Origin: a virus
Strand: one strand, 5' to 3'
IMG/VR virus record: IMGVR_UViG_3300037722_000380
Coordinates: 27,379 to 91,378 of that record
Length of the DNA stretch: 64,000 nucleotides
Part shown: positions 26,051-35,424 of the stretch, piece by piece
Numbering within the stretch: position 1 is the first letter of the stretch
Layout: the number at the start of each line of letters is the position of its first letter
Notes under the pieces: generated by a model
The model's input: only the letters and a program-made list of their open reading frames with translations
Told to the model about the DNA's origin: nothing
The model's database searches: none
Program-made: the position numbers and the translations under genes

Positions 26051-26310
26051 TTCTTTTCCATCATTTCTATCAGGATATCCCCATGGCAATCGAGTGGCTT
26101 GCAGTGGCATCCCAAAACTTTTCCTGTGAGTTCGCGGCGGGCCTTTTCAACGATCTCGGGATGCTTCTCCAAATGCTGCCGATATTCGTTGAGAACAATC
26201 CGACGTGCCGAAATTGTGGACCGGGTAATCTTGAACGGGTTCGCATAAATTGATGGACGCCCGATATACACGTCGTACTTTTCCTTGTTGATGTTGACAA
26301 TCCGAGTCAT
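26047..26310 (-). CDS. DUF4326 domain protein
   Basis: YDVYIGRPSIYANPF..ELTGKVLGCHCKPLDCHGDIL. Confidence 0.9.
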   Translation of the reverse strand: MTRIVNINKEKYDVYIGRPSIYANPFKITRSTISARRIVLNEYRQHLEKHPEIVEKARRELTGKVLGCHCKPLDCHGDILIEMMEKK

Positions 26311-26792
26311 GATTGACGAACCAACTTATCATAACCGTACCGAGCGATCAATGCCGCTTCGGCAAAACCATCTTTGATGCCCCCTTTCGGTCCCCGAAAC
26401 AGTCCAACATCGGATGGAAATAGTTCACACGCCCGCGCAAAAGCTGCATCTTTAGACGCGCTGAGACCCATGGCTTTCTTCCAAACAGTTGGCACCACGT
26501 ATGTCACTGGAATCGCCATGGAGGCAATCAGACCACGCAAACCACCAGCAACGAAACCAAACTTAAACATGCTTGAAACCCCCTGGCCCGGACGCGCCCC
26601 GACGCGCTCTATGAAAAAATGATCGACTCCATTGAATATCAGGTCAATCTCGAATGAGAGAGTGGCCCAATCAATATCGCGCCCGCGTGAAGCTGCGGCC
26701 ATGGTCGGAACTCCGACGACAGACAGATGGCGTCCATCCCATGAAGCGACTGCGCCTTTCAAACCGGGGTCAACGCCGCCGATTTCCATCAA
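26307..26792 (-). CDS. RuvC-like Holliday junction resolvase
   Basis: IGGVDPGLKGAVA..IERVGARPGQGVSSMFKFG..PTVWKK..DGFAEAALIA. Confidence 0.88.
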   Translation of the reverse strand: MMEIGGVDPGLKGAVASWDGRHLSVVGVPTMAAASRGRDIDWATLSFEIDLIFNGVDHFFIERVGARPGQGVSSMFKFGFVAGGLRGLIASMAIPVTYVVPTVWKKAMGLSASKDAAFARACELFPSDVGLFRGPKGGIKDGFAEAALIARYGYDKLVRQS

Positions 26793-26989
26793 TTAATTCC
26801 CATTGCTTCGCCGACATCTTTATCGATAAGACGATTACGCAATGACAAGTTATCCCGTTCTAGCTCGTCAATATAGTCGAGTAACCCGGTCATCGTATCG
26901 ACCGTTTGCTGGTTCCCGAGATTGGTGATCGTTAGCATGTTGCGAAACAGACGACGATGCGCTGAATTCTTTGCATCAAATATTGCCAT
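26789..26989 (-). CDS. Hypothetical protein
   Basis: Start re-set to MAIFDAK; coupled to neighbours. Confidence 0.5.
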   Translation of the reverse strand: MAIFDAKNSAHRRLFRNMLTITNLGNQQTVDTMTGLLDYIDELERDNLSLRNRLIDKDVGEAMGIN

Positions 26990-26990
26990 T

Positions 26991-27212
26991 CTAAACCTCG
27001 ATTGTGGCCCTGAAACGTGTGCCACATTTTGTACATTGATACGGACGCCAGTTATTACCGTCAGCCCGCTTGATTGCGAATTGTACCGTCTTGAGCGTTC
27101 CACATTCGCAATTGGGGCAGATCGGATGTAACCCACCCATGACAAACAAGTTCTCGGCGTGCTGCTTATCCACAGAAATCCCCGCCAATGTAATGACGTT
27201 TACCCGTGCCAT
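26991..27212 (-). CDS. Zn-ribbon protein
   Basis: CPNCEC..CTKCG. Confidence 0.6.
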   Translation of the reverse strand: MARVNVITLAGISVDKQHAENLFVMGGLHPICPNCECGTLKTVQFAIKRADGNNWRPYQCTKCGTRFRATIEV

Positions 27213-27477
27213 AGCCGGGGATACGGAGCCAAAACAGCCGCTTATGATAGCGCCATGCCATGAAGTGAAACGGCCAGTACCAGCCTACGATACTGCCTTC
27301 TACGCGCTGAAAATGCGGCCAGTTGATATAAAAGTCAAACTGTAGAGAGTGGTGGGGGAAGAAACCCGGCTTTGGTTCCTTCTCCGGAGAGAACGCTATA
27401 CCGACTGAGCAACCACCAGCGCGTGATAGGTCATAAGAAGTGGCATGGAGTGAAAAGAAACGGTTTTTGTAGAACAT
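27166..27477 (-). CDS. Hypothetical aromatic-rich protein
   Basis: ORF directly after polymerase stop. Confidence 0.4.
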   Translation of the reverse strand: MFYKNRFFSLHATSYDLSRAGGCSVGIAFSPEKEPKPGFFPHHSLQFDFYINWPHFQRVEGSIVGWYWPFHFMAWRYHKRLFWLRIPGYGTGKRHYIGGDFCG

Positions 27478-27479
27478 CT

Positions 27480-29510
27480 CTATGCTTTCTTATACCTGGG
27501 GCCTTCCCAGCCCTCGACGCTGACCGGACATCCGGTAGCCCACGCAGAATTTGGACCGGCCATCAACGCGTTAAACTCGCTCAACGATCCGTGGCCTTCA
27601 TCGGGCTCGGCAACAATTTCGTCATGGACTGTGAGAATGATTGGGTAGTCCGCCCGTTCAACGCGAATCATTCCTTCTACCATTAGGTCACGGGCGATGG
27701 CCTGCACCACATTTTCCGTGAGCATCCCCCCGTAAGTCCTGATCCGCCCCCACGAACCGCCTTTCTTATTATCGCGGCCCATGTACGTAAGTTGCGGCTT
27801 GATGCCGTAGGCGGTTTCAACCGTCTCGATTATCGGGTCATAATACCACAAAAGCCGCCCGTTAGGCAAGCGACAAGTGAGCCATTTCCCGGCGTTATCG
27901 TTCACAATTTCATAACGAATGCAGGAGTACGTATGCGGAACACCTTTTTGAACAGTCTTAATCGCGGCATCCTGCAATCCATACCAGAGATATTTGACTT
28001 CCGGATAACTCTCCCGGTACGTTTGAACTAACCACGTTGCCGTCTCTATATCTAGAACAACACCATAATCTTTTTCCGCCTGATATTGAAGTTTTTCTCC
28101 GCCCATCTGATAGCCGCAGCCAAGCACTGTAATCTTACCAAGCTGTCGTTCTTCCGGGTGGTCGCGTTTATTGATTGGCTTTTGATAGAGTTCTTGGGCC
28201 ATGACACAGTAAATGTCCGGGCCTTCTTTACGGTCGTATGCAGCAAATGCCGTTAGTGCTTTCTTGCAACCTGCAACCCACATAACAACACGGGCTTCAA
28301 TGGCGCTGAAATCTGCGACCATGAGCGTCTTTCCTTTGCCCGCTATGAACATACCTCGCAGTGCTGAAGAAATCGCGCCTATCGGACCGACTCCTTCGTA
28401 AAGGAACTCTAGACGAGCAATCGCTTCTTCAAGGTCAGTCCGAGCGAATTTTATGTTTTCAATAACATCGTCAACCGTTGTCATTTTCCAGAGTTTAGAA
28501 TTACCGCGAGGAAAATTATGCGGTTGAACTAAACGTCCAGCCCACCGGCCGGTTGACGCTCCGTGATATTGAAGCATCCCGCGAATACGGCCATCTGCAT
28601 TGACCGTTTCAAGCATCTTCACGAGTTTCTTCGTAGATGCACGCGCTAATAGCTGACGAATTTCAAGAACACGACGGGCACTCGGTGGTAGGTCTTCGGG
28701 GTGCTTTAAGTAGTCTTCAACTGTTTCTTTTTTTAGGTCGGGGATACGTACACCATTCCGTTGCAACCAACGAATAATGCGGTCGCGCTGAGACGCCGTT
28801 TCCACTTCATCATTTGTGAGTATCCGTAATTCAGCCGTGAGCCGCTTGTCCAATGCTTCTGTAATCATCAGCGCGCATTCGACAGCCTCAACGTCAAGCT
28901 GAACGCCGCGCTGATTGATGACTTGATCTAGAACCCAAATCTTTTGTTCAGGAGTTGGGAGGGGGCCGAGTATTACAGATAGGCCGTGTTCGGTGTCCGA
29001 ATCATTGACACAGTACCCAAAAAGCTCTTCCACCAAATCGAAGTCTTCCCGATATACACGGTCCGGTTCTGATTTCGTAGCTCCTTTAGGAACACAAAGA
29101 GTCTGAATGAGATATTTTCCGCGCTTATCTTTCTGAATTGGCAAACCTAAAGCTTCACCTGCTTTATCCAACCCAAGAGGTAGACCCCGGTAAGCACACG
29201 CGGCCAGGGTATCCCGCCAACGTTTTGGCATGGGAATACCAAATTTCAGATGCAATAGATAGTACCAGATAGCCCTTTCGAATTGTACATTATGCGCTTC
29301 GAAAGTCCCCCCTGCTTCTACATGGTCGATAATTTCTTTTGGAAACGGTAGATTCGGGGTCCAAAGTTTCGTTACTCCATCCCCGAGCTTATACGATAGA
29401 CAAAGAATTTCGGTTGTCGGGTCTTCCGCATAGCGCCATGAGCCAACTTCAGTCACGTCAAGGAAGGACCGAGTTTCAAAGTCAGTCGTCATGATTGGGA
29501 GATTGATCAC
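27480..29510 (-). CDS. DNA polymerase, family A
   Basis: Exo I TTDFETRS; motif A VADFSAIEARV; motif B RQLGKITVLGCGYQMG; motif C LTVHDEIV. Confidence 0.95.
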   Translation of the reverse strand: MINLPIMTTDFETRSFLDVTEVGSWRYAEDPTTEILCLSYKLGDGVTKLWTPNLPFPKEIIDHVEAGGTFEAHNVQFERAIWYYLLHLKFGIPMPKRWRDTLAACAYRGLPLGLDKAGEALGLPIQKDKRGKYLIQTLCVPKGATKSEPDRVYREDFDLVEELFGYCVNDSDTEHGLSVILGPLPTPEQKIWVLDQVINQRGVQLDVEAVECALMITEALDKRLTAELRILTNDEVETASQRDRIIRWLQRNGVRIPDLKKETVEDYLKHPEDLPPSARRVLEIRQLLARASTKKLVKMLETVNADGRIRGMLQYHGASTGRWAGRLVQPHNFPRGNSKLWKMTTVDDVIENIKFARTDLEEAIARLEFLYEGVGPIGAISSALRGMFIAGKGKTLMVADFSAIEARVVMWVAGCKKALTAFAAYDRKEGPDIYCVMAQELYQKPINKRDHPEERQLGKITVLGCGYQMGGEKLQYQAEKDYGVVLDIETATWLVQTYRESYPEVKYLWYGLQDAAIKTVQKGVPHTYSCIRYEIVNDNAGKWLTCRLPNGRLLWYYDPIIETVETAYGIKPQLTYMGRDNKKGGSWGRIRTYGGMLTENVVQAIARDLMVEGMIRVERADYPIILTVHDEIVAEPDEGHGSLSEFNALMAGPNSAWATGCPVSVEGWEGPRYKKA

Positions 29511-29830
29511 GGGTAACGTCCCTCAATGAAGCCGCGCGCTACGTCCTGTACAATGGCCGGATACTGATCGGCTGTAAGGTGATAGCATGTACCGGCATGT
29601 AAAGCGTCCATGTCGCACAGGTCCATGTGATGATGCTCTATGGTAAACGAATCTAACCCGTCTGCTAATAAGAAGCAGATACGATCATATAGATCGTCGG
29701 TTATGAGAGATTCGTCTAGAATGTAGTATGCGAATGAAGAAATCAAATACCACGGCACCAGAAGATTGGCATTGTGGGTAACCGCATCTTCGGCAATCTT
29801 TGTGATACGAGGTATGTCCGGCGTTGTCAA
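29507..29830 (-). CDS. NAD-ligase N-terminal-like small protein
   Basis: YLISSFAYYILDESLITDDLYDRI. Confidence 0.6.
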   Translation of the reverse strand: MTTPDIPRITKIAEDAVTHNANLLVPWYLISSFAYYILDESLITDDLYDRICFLLADGLDSFTIEHHHMDLCDMDALHAGTCYHLTADQYPAIVQDVARGFIEGRYP

Positions 29831-30069
29831 TCTGGATTCTTCTCGGCCAGCGTGGGGCTGACCTTAGAATCGAGAAGCCCCTTCACGATGAAACCCTGCA
29901 CATGGCCGGGCAGTTTATCGAAGTCCGGAAGCTGTAGATTGTACGGTGCAGGAAAGGCAAAACTCGCCAAAGTATGTTGTTGCCAAAGCGCAGCCGCAAT
30001 TTTCTTGATATCACCTATGGTGACATGCTCTCCGGTCAACAGGTCGAGTAGCGTTTCAGGCTTTGACAT
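29827..30069 (-). CDS. Hypothetical protein
   Basis: 80 aa ORF coupled to next gene. Confidence 0.5.
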   Translation of the reverse strand: MSKPETLLDLLTGEHVTIGDIKKIAAALWQQHTLASFAFPAPYNLQLPDFDKLPGHVQGFIVKGLLDSKVSPTLAEKNPD

Positions 30070-30142
30070 GGAATACCTTAGATGGAAAGCAAGCGAGCAG
30101 TGGTGGTTACACTGAACTCGCTCGGTTTCCTGAACCCGCTCG

Positions 30143-30865
30143 TTAAAACGGGATTTCGTCGTCTAGGTTCTTCGTCGGATCGACCGCAGCCGCGCCGCCC
30201 TGAATGCCGTCGAAACGGTCCATGAGCGAGCTACTGCCGAGGCGTTCGCCATCTTTCACAAACCGGACAGAGTTGACGTAAAAGGTGACGTACTTACCCT
30301 GCGCTGTCTCGTCCGCAACCATGCTCAACTCAGCGAAAAAGTATGCCCCGCTGTAGAACAGGTCGTTGGCCCGATGGATGTTGGAATCGAGCCCGCGAGA
30401 AAGCTCCTTCCGCTTTCCGTCACTGTCCACAAAGTACAGACGTGGAGCGTTGGGCTTGTCCTTGATCAAAGACAGAGCCTTACCACGAATTACCATCTTA
30501 CCTTTGTAGTGGTCGCCCTTGGCCCCTTTCGTTTCAGCAAGCGTATCGCCCTTGCGGAAAGGCCAGTGCAGACCGCCATGCTGATGAGCGGCCTTTGCAT
30601 CGAAATCGGCCCCGAAACGTTCCTTGAGAAGCGTTACGGCAAGCCGCTGAACATCGACTTCGATGAATGTGCCCTTGTCGTCATCCCACTGCTTGAACTT
30701 GGTCAAGCTGTCCATGTCGAAGAGCATTTCCACGCTGTACACGGGATCGCCCTTCGGCTTGCCGTCTTCCTCGAACGGCTTAGGGGTCACGAGATTGACA
30801 TAGGAACCCCGAAAATGAGGGGTCAGAAGGGTACGTGAAACTGCTTTGGATTTCTTGTCAGCCAT
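30143..30865 (-). CDS. DUF2815 / gp2.5-like ssDNA-binding protein
   Basis: FRGSYVNLVTPK..FYSGAY..YVNSVRFVKDGERLG..acidic tail DDEIPF. Confidence 0.85.
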   Translation of the reverse strand: MADKKSKAVSRTLLTPHFRGSYVNLVTPKPFEEDGKPKGDPVYSVEMLFDMDSLTKFKQWDDDKGTFIEVDVQRLAVTLLKERFGADFDAKAAHQHGGLHWPFRKGDTLAETKGAKGDHYKGKMVIRGKALSLIKDKPNAPRLYFVDSDGKRKELSRGLDSNIHRANDLFYSGAYFFAELSMVADETAQGKYVTFYVNSVRFVKDGERLGSSSLMDRFDGIQGGAAAVDPTKNLDDEIPF

Positions 30866-30923
30866 AGGTGTTACTCCGATTTGAACGAGATTGGCAATGG
30901 TTTACACGATATTAATCTTGACC

Positions 30924-30953
30924 CGTATATCATGCCTTGCCCGGCATGTCAAG
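30924..30953 (-). promoter_or_regulatory. GGCAA-type promoter
   Basis: CTTGACA-tgccg-GGCAA-ggcatga-TATACG. Confidence 0.65.
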
Positions 30954-30957
30954 TGGG

Positions 30958-32223
30958 TTAATACGGCGCTTCGGAATCCTCATCTGAAACTTGGTCGATC
31001 AGGTCCATGTACATCTCCATGGGCCGCTTGACCTCTGACCGCTTATCGGAATCAGGAGCCAGAGTGAGGCCGGTATCCGGCTTGTAGGCCCATTTGGATA
31101 CGAATGCCTTCCCCCCGTCAAGCTTTTGGATAGCCGGGGGCGTCCTAAACGCTTTTGGCTGGTACGCGTCATCCTTGAAGATACGAATCGCCTCATCCTC
31201 AAAGCGAAGTACGACAGGGTTCTGCGGATCATCGGGGTTAGGTTCCACGATGCTTTCTTTGAAAACTCGGTTAGCCTTCTTCCGAACCACCTTACATCCG
31301 GGAACTATCTCACCCCGCATTCGGCGACGAAACGCGTCTTCTTCTAGCCGGTCCCCGTACTTAGCAAGAGCCGCAGCCTTCTCACGAAGAGCCCATATCT
31401 GGTCATTCGGAATATGACTCGGCTCAATGTCGATAGCAAACTCATAAGTCTCTTTCTGAAGAGCCGGGCAAAGATTATACGCGGGGCAGAACCGGCAATG
31501 CTCGCCGACCATAAGCAAAGCGTTGGGCTTGTATGTTTCCTCCAAGCCGGGAATCAGAACATTCATCCACCAATCTTCAAGCTCGGTTGGCGTTGTCTCG
31601 AACTTGCGACTGGTGCCGCTTGGGTGCGGAATGCGTGGCTGCGAAATCCACAGATCGACTGCACTGACATCGGCAAATGACTTCAAATAATTTTCGCAAG
31701 CAAGATAGCCGTAGTATTTCAACTGCGCGCTCGTTGGCTCGACTGAAACGCCACGACCGTACTTAAAGTCGATAACGATGAGACGTTCGCCGGGGATGAG
31801 GATAACGATATCCGGCGTCCCCCATGCGTCTTCGTTTAGAATCGACCCGAGCCTCTTCTCGATATAGACGATGGGCTTCTTGTCGCGGTATATTTCGGTA
31901 AGCTTGCGTGCAAGGTCAAGTGCTTCCTGTACCCCTTGCTGCATCTCATCATCGACAACAAAAGTCCATCCGCCGACAACGAATTGAAGATTGCTGAATT
32001 CCCAGGCATCCGAGCCATCTTCCATGGCCGTCGAAAGCAGCGTATGCGCGGCAGTACCTTCGGCCGCAGCCGGACCGGGCTTCGTGACCCGCTTGCCGTT
32101 CTTGACAAGAGATTCAACAAGCTGAATGGAACCGGCGCATTTCAACCACCGGGGAGCAGATGACGCGCCGCGCGATGAGTGAGGGACTTCCGGGATGATG
32201 ATGCGGTTATCCGCGAAAGACAT
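30958..32223 (-). CDS. DUF2800 Cas4-like PD-(D/E)XK exonuclease
   Basis: ASSAPRWLKCAGS..EGTAAH..EKR..GTPD..IDFKYG..QLKYY..HCRFCPAYNLCP. Confidence 0.88.
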   Translation of the reverse strand: MSFADNRIIIPEVPHSSRGASSAPRWLKCAGSIQLVESLVKNGKRVTKPGPAAAEGTAAHTLLSTAMEDGSDAWEFSNLQFVVGGWTFVVDDEMQQGVQEALDLARKLTEIYRDKKPIVYIEKRLGSILNEDAWGTPDIVILIPGERLIVIDFKYGRGVSVEPTSAQLKYYGYLACENYLKSFADVSAVDLWISQPRIPHPSGTSRKFETTPTELEDWWMNVLIPGLEETYKPNALLMVGEHCRFCPAYNLCPALQKETYEFAIDIEPSHIPNDQIWALREKAAALAKYGDRLEEDAFRRRMRGEIVPGCKVVRKKANRVFKESIVEPNPDDPQNPVVLRFEDEAIRIFKDDAYQPKAFRTPPAIQKLDGGKAFVSKWAYKPDTGLTLAPDSDKRSEVKRPMEMYMDLIDQVSDEDSEAPY

Positions 32224-32321
32224 TAATTTCTCCGTTCGCTAGACCCGAGGGATGCCCCGCCGCCCGCAATGGACGACAGGGGGCTCTGTGGCCCTAACAC
32301 CGCCTCGGGTACTAGACTCCG

Positions 32322-33047
32322 CTATACCGTCGGACCGATTTCAGCTTCGATAAGGCCCTTGACTTTTAGAACTTGATCGGGCTTCAAATCGGAAGTACGG
32401 GCTGCGCCTTGGCTGGCGATAAGTTCGCGCACGCGAGCCGCAGTAATCTTCTTATCGCGAACCATCTTCGACAGGAAGGACTGCAAATCACTTGCACTGT
32501 AGTCACCCGAAAGGGCCGCTGCCACGGGCTTTGCAGCCTCCTGTTTCGCACTCGGGGTCTCCGCAACGGGGGCAGTCCCCGGAGTAGGGTCGTCGGGAAT
32601 CTCATCCGCCGGGTTGACACGGTTCTCTGGATTAGCCCGAATGTTCGGCTCAGTCGTGTCGGTCGGGGGCTCCACCGTGGCTTGCTTCTTACCACTACCA
32701 ACCGGACGACCGGGACCGCGTTTCTTGGTTCCGGCAGCTTCGGGAACCTCACTGGTAGCTGTGGACTTCTCGACCACAGTTGTAGCAGGCTTTTCAGCAG
32801 CCGTAACTTCAACAGCGCCCGGCTTCTCCGTCGCAATAACAGTCTCGGATGCGCGAGCCGGAAGCTTGAGCCCCAGGTTTTCATAGACGATAGCCCGAGT
32901 GTCATTCAGCAGAGCCCGTGCGGCATCTTGCCACGTCTCACCCTCCGCCAAATTTCCCACAACGGTAATTGCAGCATCGGCGCTACCGTATTGCTCGGGC
33001 TGAACCTTACGGCTCCGCGTGACAGAAATGGATGTTACCTGCACCAT
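32322..33047 (-). CDS. Low-complexity protein with AT-hook-like motif
   Basis: Ala/Pro/Thr-rich, KKRGPGRP; typical position upstream of DUF2800. Confidence 0.65.
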   Translation of the reverse strand: MVQVTSISVTRSRKVQPEQYGSADAAITVVGNLAEGETWQDAARALLNDTRAIVYENLGLKLPARASETVIATEKPGAVEVTAAEKPATTVVEKSTATSEVPEAAGTKKRGPGRPVGSGKKQATVEPPTDTTEPNIRANPENRVNPADEIPDDPTPGTAPVAETPSAKQEAAKPVAAALSGDYSASDLQSFLSKMVRDKKITAARVRELIASQGAARTSDLKPDQVLKVKGLIEAEIGPTV

Positions 33048-33049
33048 GA

Positions 33050-33274
33050 TTAAAGCCCCTGCGTTAAAGCGTCAAGCCGAGAGAGAACGGCATTCGCCCG
33101 GTCTGCCTCAACCGAATCAGCTTCGGCCGCGTCCAAAAGATTGCGAGCTTGCTCATTCTTTTGAGCGGCACGCTGACGCCGGACTTCGGCAACTTCACGA
33201 AGGTCATCTTGCGCCCGTAGAAGGGGAGCAACTGCCTCATCGACCGTAGTCGGCCGTCCACCAAACAGGCGCAT
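33050..33274 (-). CDS. Coiled-coil hypothetical protein
   Basis: 74 aa, AGGAG RBS. Confidence 0.6.
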   Translation of the reverse strand: MRLFGGRPTTVDEAVAPLLRAQDDLREVAEVRRQRAAQKNEQARNLLDAAEADSVEADRANAVLSRLDALTQGL

Positions 33275-33321
33275 GTCATCATCTCCTTAGCTGATAGGGA
33301 CTTTATCGAATTTGTCCCCGA

Positions 33322-33351
33322 TATCTATCACACCTTGCCGAGCTTGTCAAG
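33322..33351 (-). promoter_or_regulatory. GGCAA-type promoter
   Basis: CTTGACA-agctc-GGCAA-ggtgtga-TAGATA. Confidence 0.65.
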
Positions 33352-33967
33352 CTTTATCGAAGGCAGCCGTTCCGTTAAGAATGCGACGGCAGGCTGTAAT
33401 CACAGCTACCTGAAACTCGCAATCGTAAACCGGGGTATGTGGGATGCCGATAATCTCAGGAGTTGGCCTGAAGTCCGCAACCCGAAGACCGGCAGCATCA
33501 ACAAGAGTCCGCTGGTCCCTGAGTTGATTATATCGCCACGGGGCCGGTTGACTGAAATCCCGCGCAAGACTTTCCCAAAGAACTCCGTCAAACGACGGAC
33601 CGTTACACCAGAATTTTGTTACGATATTAGTTGACGTATTGCTGGCGAAACCCATAAAGTCATTAAGTGCAGTCCAGACATTACATCGGCTAGGTGAAAA
33701 CGCCTCTGCCCGCGCGGTCGGGTCTTGCTGCAACCACCAAAGCAAGGTGTTTTGACTAACTGTCCGGCCTGCGTCAAGTTGTGATTGAGTATCAATAACT
33801 CGGTAGAAACGGGCCATAATATTGCCATCGCGCTCGAAAAGGACAGCGCCAATAGAGAGAATTACGGCACTAGGAACCGTATCGAGAGTTTCAAGATCAA
33901 ACATCAATTCCACGGGTTTTCTCCTTTTTCCGGTCGTAAGATTTAGCAGACGGTACGCGACGAGCAC
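33347..33967 (-). CDS. DEDD 3'-5' exonuclease (Rv2179c-like)
   Basis: MFDLETL..ILSIGAV..WCNGPSFD..RDQRTL..HTPVYDCEFQ. Confidence 0.85.
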   Translation of the reverse strand: MLVAYRLLNLTTGKRRKPVELMFDLETLDTVPSAVILSIGAVLFERDGNIMARFYRVIDTQSQLDAGRTVSQNTLLWWLQQDPTARAEAFSPSRCNVWTALNDFMGFASNTSTNIVTKFWCNGPSFDGVLWESLARDFSQPAPWRYNQLRDQRTLVDAAGLRVADFRPTPEIIGIPHTPVYDCEFQVAVITACRRILNGTAAFDKA

Positions 33968-34039
33968 GAAAAAATTGTTTCTGCAATGCCAGTGCCGCAG
34001 TATTTCGCGGATGCGCGTACTTACGTTTCGCTTTTTTCT

Positions 34040-34630
34040 TTACAGGTCGCACAGATTACCCGCAACGTTCTTCACAATCCGCCACATTTGTTCTTCTGAA
34101 CAACAGGTATAGCGATTGAACTTGTTGTCCGGCTTAGTTCCGAATGGTACGAGAACACGCGGCTTTACTTTCGAACCTTGAGCAAGTGTAGAACCAAACT
34201 TTTGCAGTATAGTAACTGTAGGCCCCATAGATACAGACTCATGAAACAGATATGGTTCCATATAGTATACATTCTGTGCAATCAGCGGAACCATTATCTC
34301 GACATTCTTAATCCGTATTGCACATTGTTCGTCGGTCGGCTCTAACGTGGTATCCGACCCTTCACGACAAACAGCTTCATGAACTACGAATGGACCTTCT
34401 ATACCCGGCATAAATTCGTAGGTAACGTTCGCAAGTTTACCCCGGAGTAATGTACTTTTGAATCCAAATATATGGTCATGAATAGGAGTGGGAACCCGCT
34501 GACACGGGATATCCGGATGGCCCCAAATATGAAGCCGAATCTGGTCCGTTATATCAACCTGTATAAACCCATTGCCGTGAACACGAGGGCGAACACCGCG
34601 CTCCTTTAGGGCAGCAAGATAAACTTTCAT
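34040..34630 (-). CDS. Putative cupin-like metalloprotein
   Basis: HGNGFIQ..RLHIWG..PIHDHIFGFKSTLLRG..FHES. Confidence 0.5.
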   Translation of the reverse strand: MKVYLAALKERGVRPRVHGNGFIQVDITDQIRLHIWGHPDIPCQRVPTPIHDHIFGFKSTLLRGKLANVTYEFMPGIEGPFVVHEAVCREGSDTTLEPTDEQCAIRIKNVEIMVPLIAQNVYYMEPYLFHESVSMGPTVTILQKFGSTLAQGSKVKPRVLVPFGTKPDNKFNRYTCCSEEQMWRIVKNVAGNLCDL

Positions 34631-35424
34631 ACCCGCCTCCGTTCGAATACTATCTTTACATGCGTCCGGTCAGTAATCGTAATATCGAGGTCAGACTTTA
34701 CCGTCTCCCGAACGAATGGAAGTGTATAGTGCTCAAAATAAATCGGCCGATAATATTTCGGAATGTCGGACATAAACCCCTCCAGATTAAAAGGAAGGTA
34801 ATTCTCCTGTATTTCCCGAGTCCAGTTATCGGTATACCGATACGTCAAAAGCAAATGCAGCAAGCTACGGTTTCGTGTAATCGGTCCCCATAGTGCTTCC
34901 CACTCAGATACCATTTTCTGACCGAGAACTTGCCGTACCCGAGCTACATCTTCAGAATTAGATGGGCGGTCAACGGTTTCACTCACCATCATATCGCGAA
35001 TTACTACATAATCAAATGGACCGTTCCATAGACTATTTCCAAAAGCTACAATATCTTCTGGCATGAGGTAAGAATAAATCTCATGCAGGACTGAAGAGAG
35101 CACAACAGCCCGTTTCCCCGGCCAGACATGGGTCTCGCCCCAAACCCATTCCCAATCATGAGTAAATCGGATAAGGTCAAGATTCGGATATGATGGTTCA
35201 GCTTTGATGTCCTTCTGTGCATAAGATATCATATCCGGGTCTTGATCGTATCCAATCAGTGTTGCAGATGGGAACATGCGATGGTATGCCCTAAGAAGCG
35301 CGCCATCCGCACAGCCGTAATCTACAATCATGCTGGCATCGACAATGCCTGCGAAAAATAATTTATCCACTAGACTACGGTGCATGTCATTAACATATCC
35401 GTTAGGATTTTGGATTGCGTTCAC
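34627..35424 (-). CDS. Class I SAM-dependent methyltransferase
   Basis: IVDYGCADG..GYD..LSSVLHEIYSY..VIRD; GTG start overlaps helicase stop. Confidence 0.75.
   Translation of the reverse strand: MNAIQNPNGYVNDMHRSLVDKLFFAGIVDASMIVDYGCADGALLRAYHRMFPSATLIGYDQDPDMISYAQKDIKAEPSYPNLDLIRFTHDWEWVWGETHVWPGKRAVVLSSVLHEIYSYLMPEDIVAFGNSLWNGPFDYVVIRDMMVSETVDRPSNSEDVARVRQVLGQKMVSEWEALWGPITRNRSLLHLLLTYRYTDNWTREIQENYLPFNLEGFMSDIPKYYRPIYFEHYTLPFVRETVKSDLDITITDRTHVKIVFERRRV

Noticed and set aside
22159-29510. Z-genome (2-aminoadenine) pathway
   Set aside because: DUF5664 and PolA are present but no purZ or datZ is seen in the window
30958-32223. Cas4-like gene as part of a CRISPR locus or partner of the RAMP-like gene
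   Set aside because: Standard DUF2800-SSB-PolA replication context, 17 kb from the array
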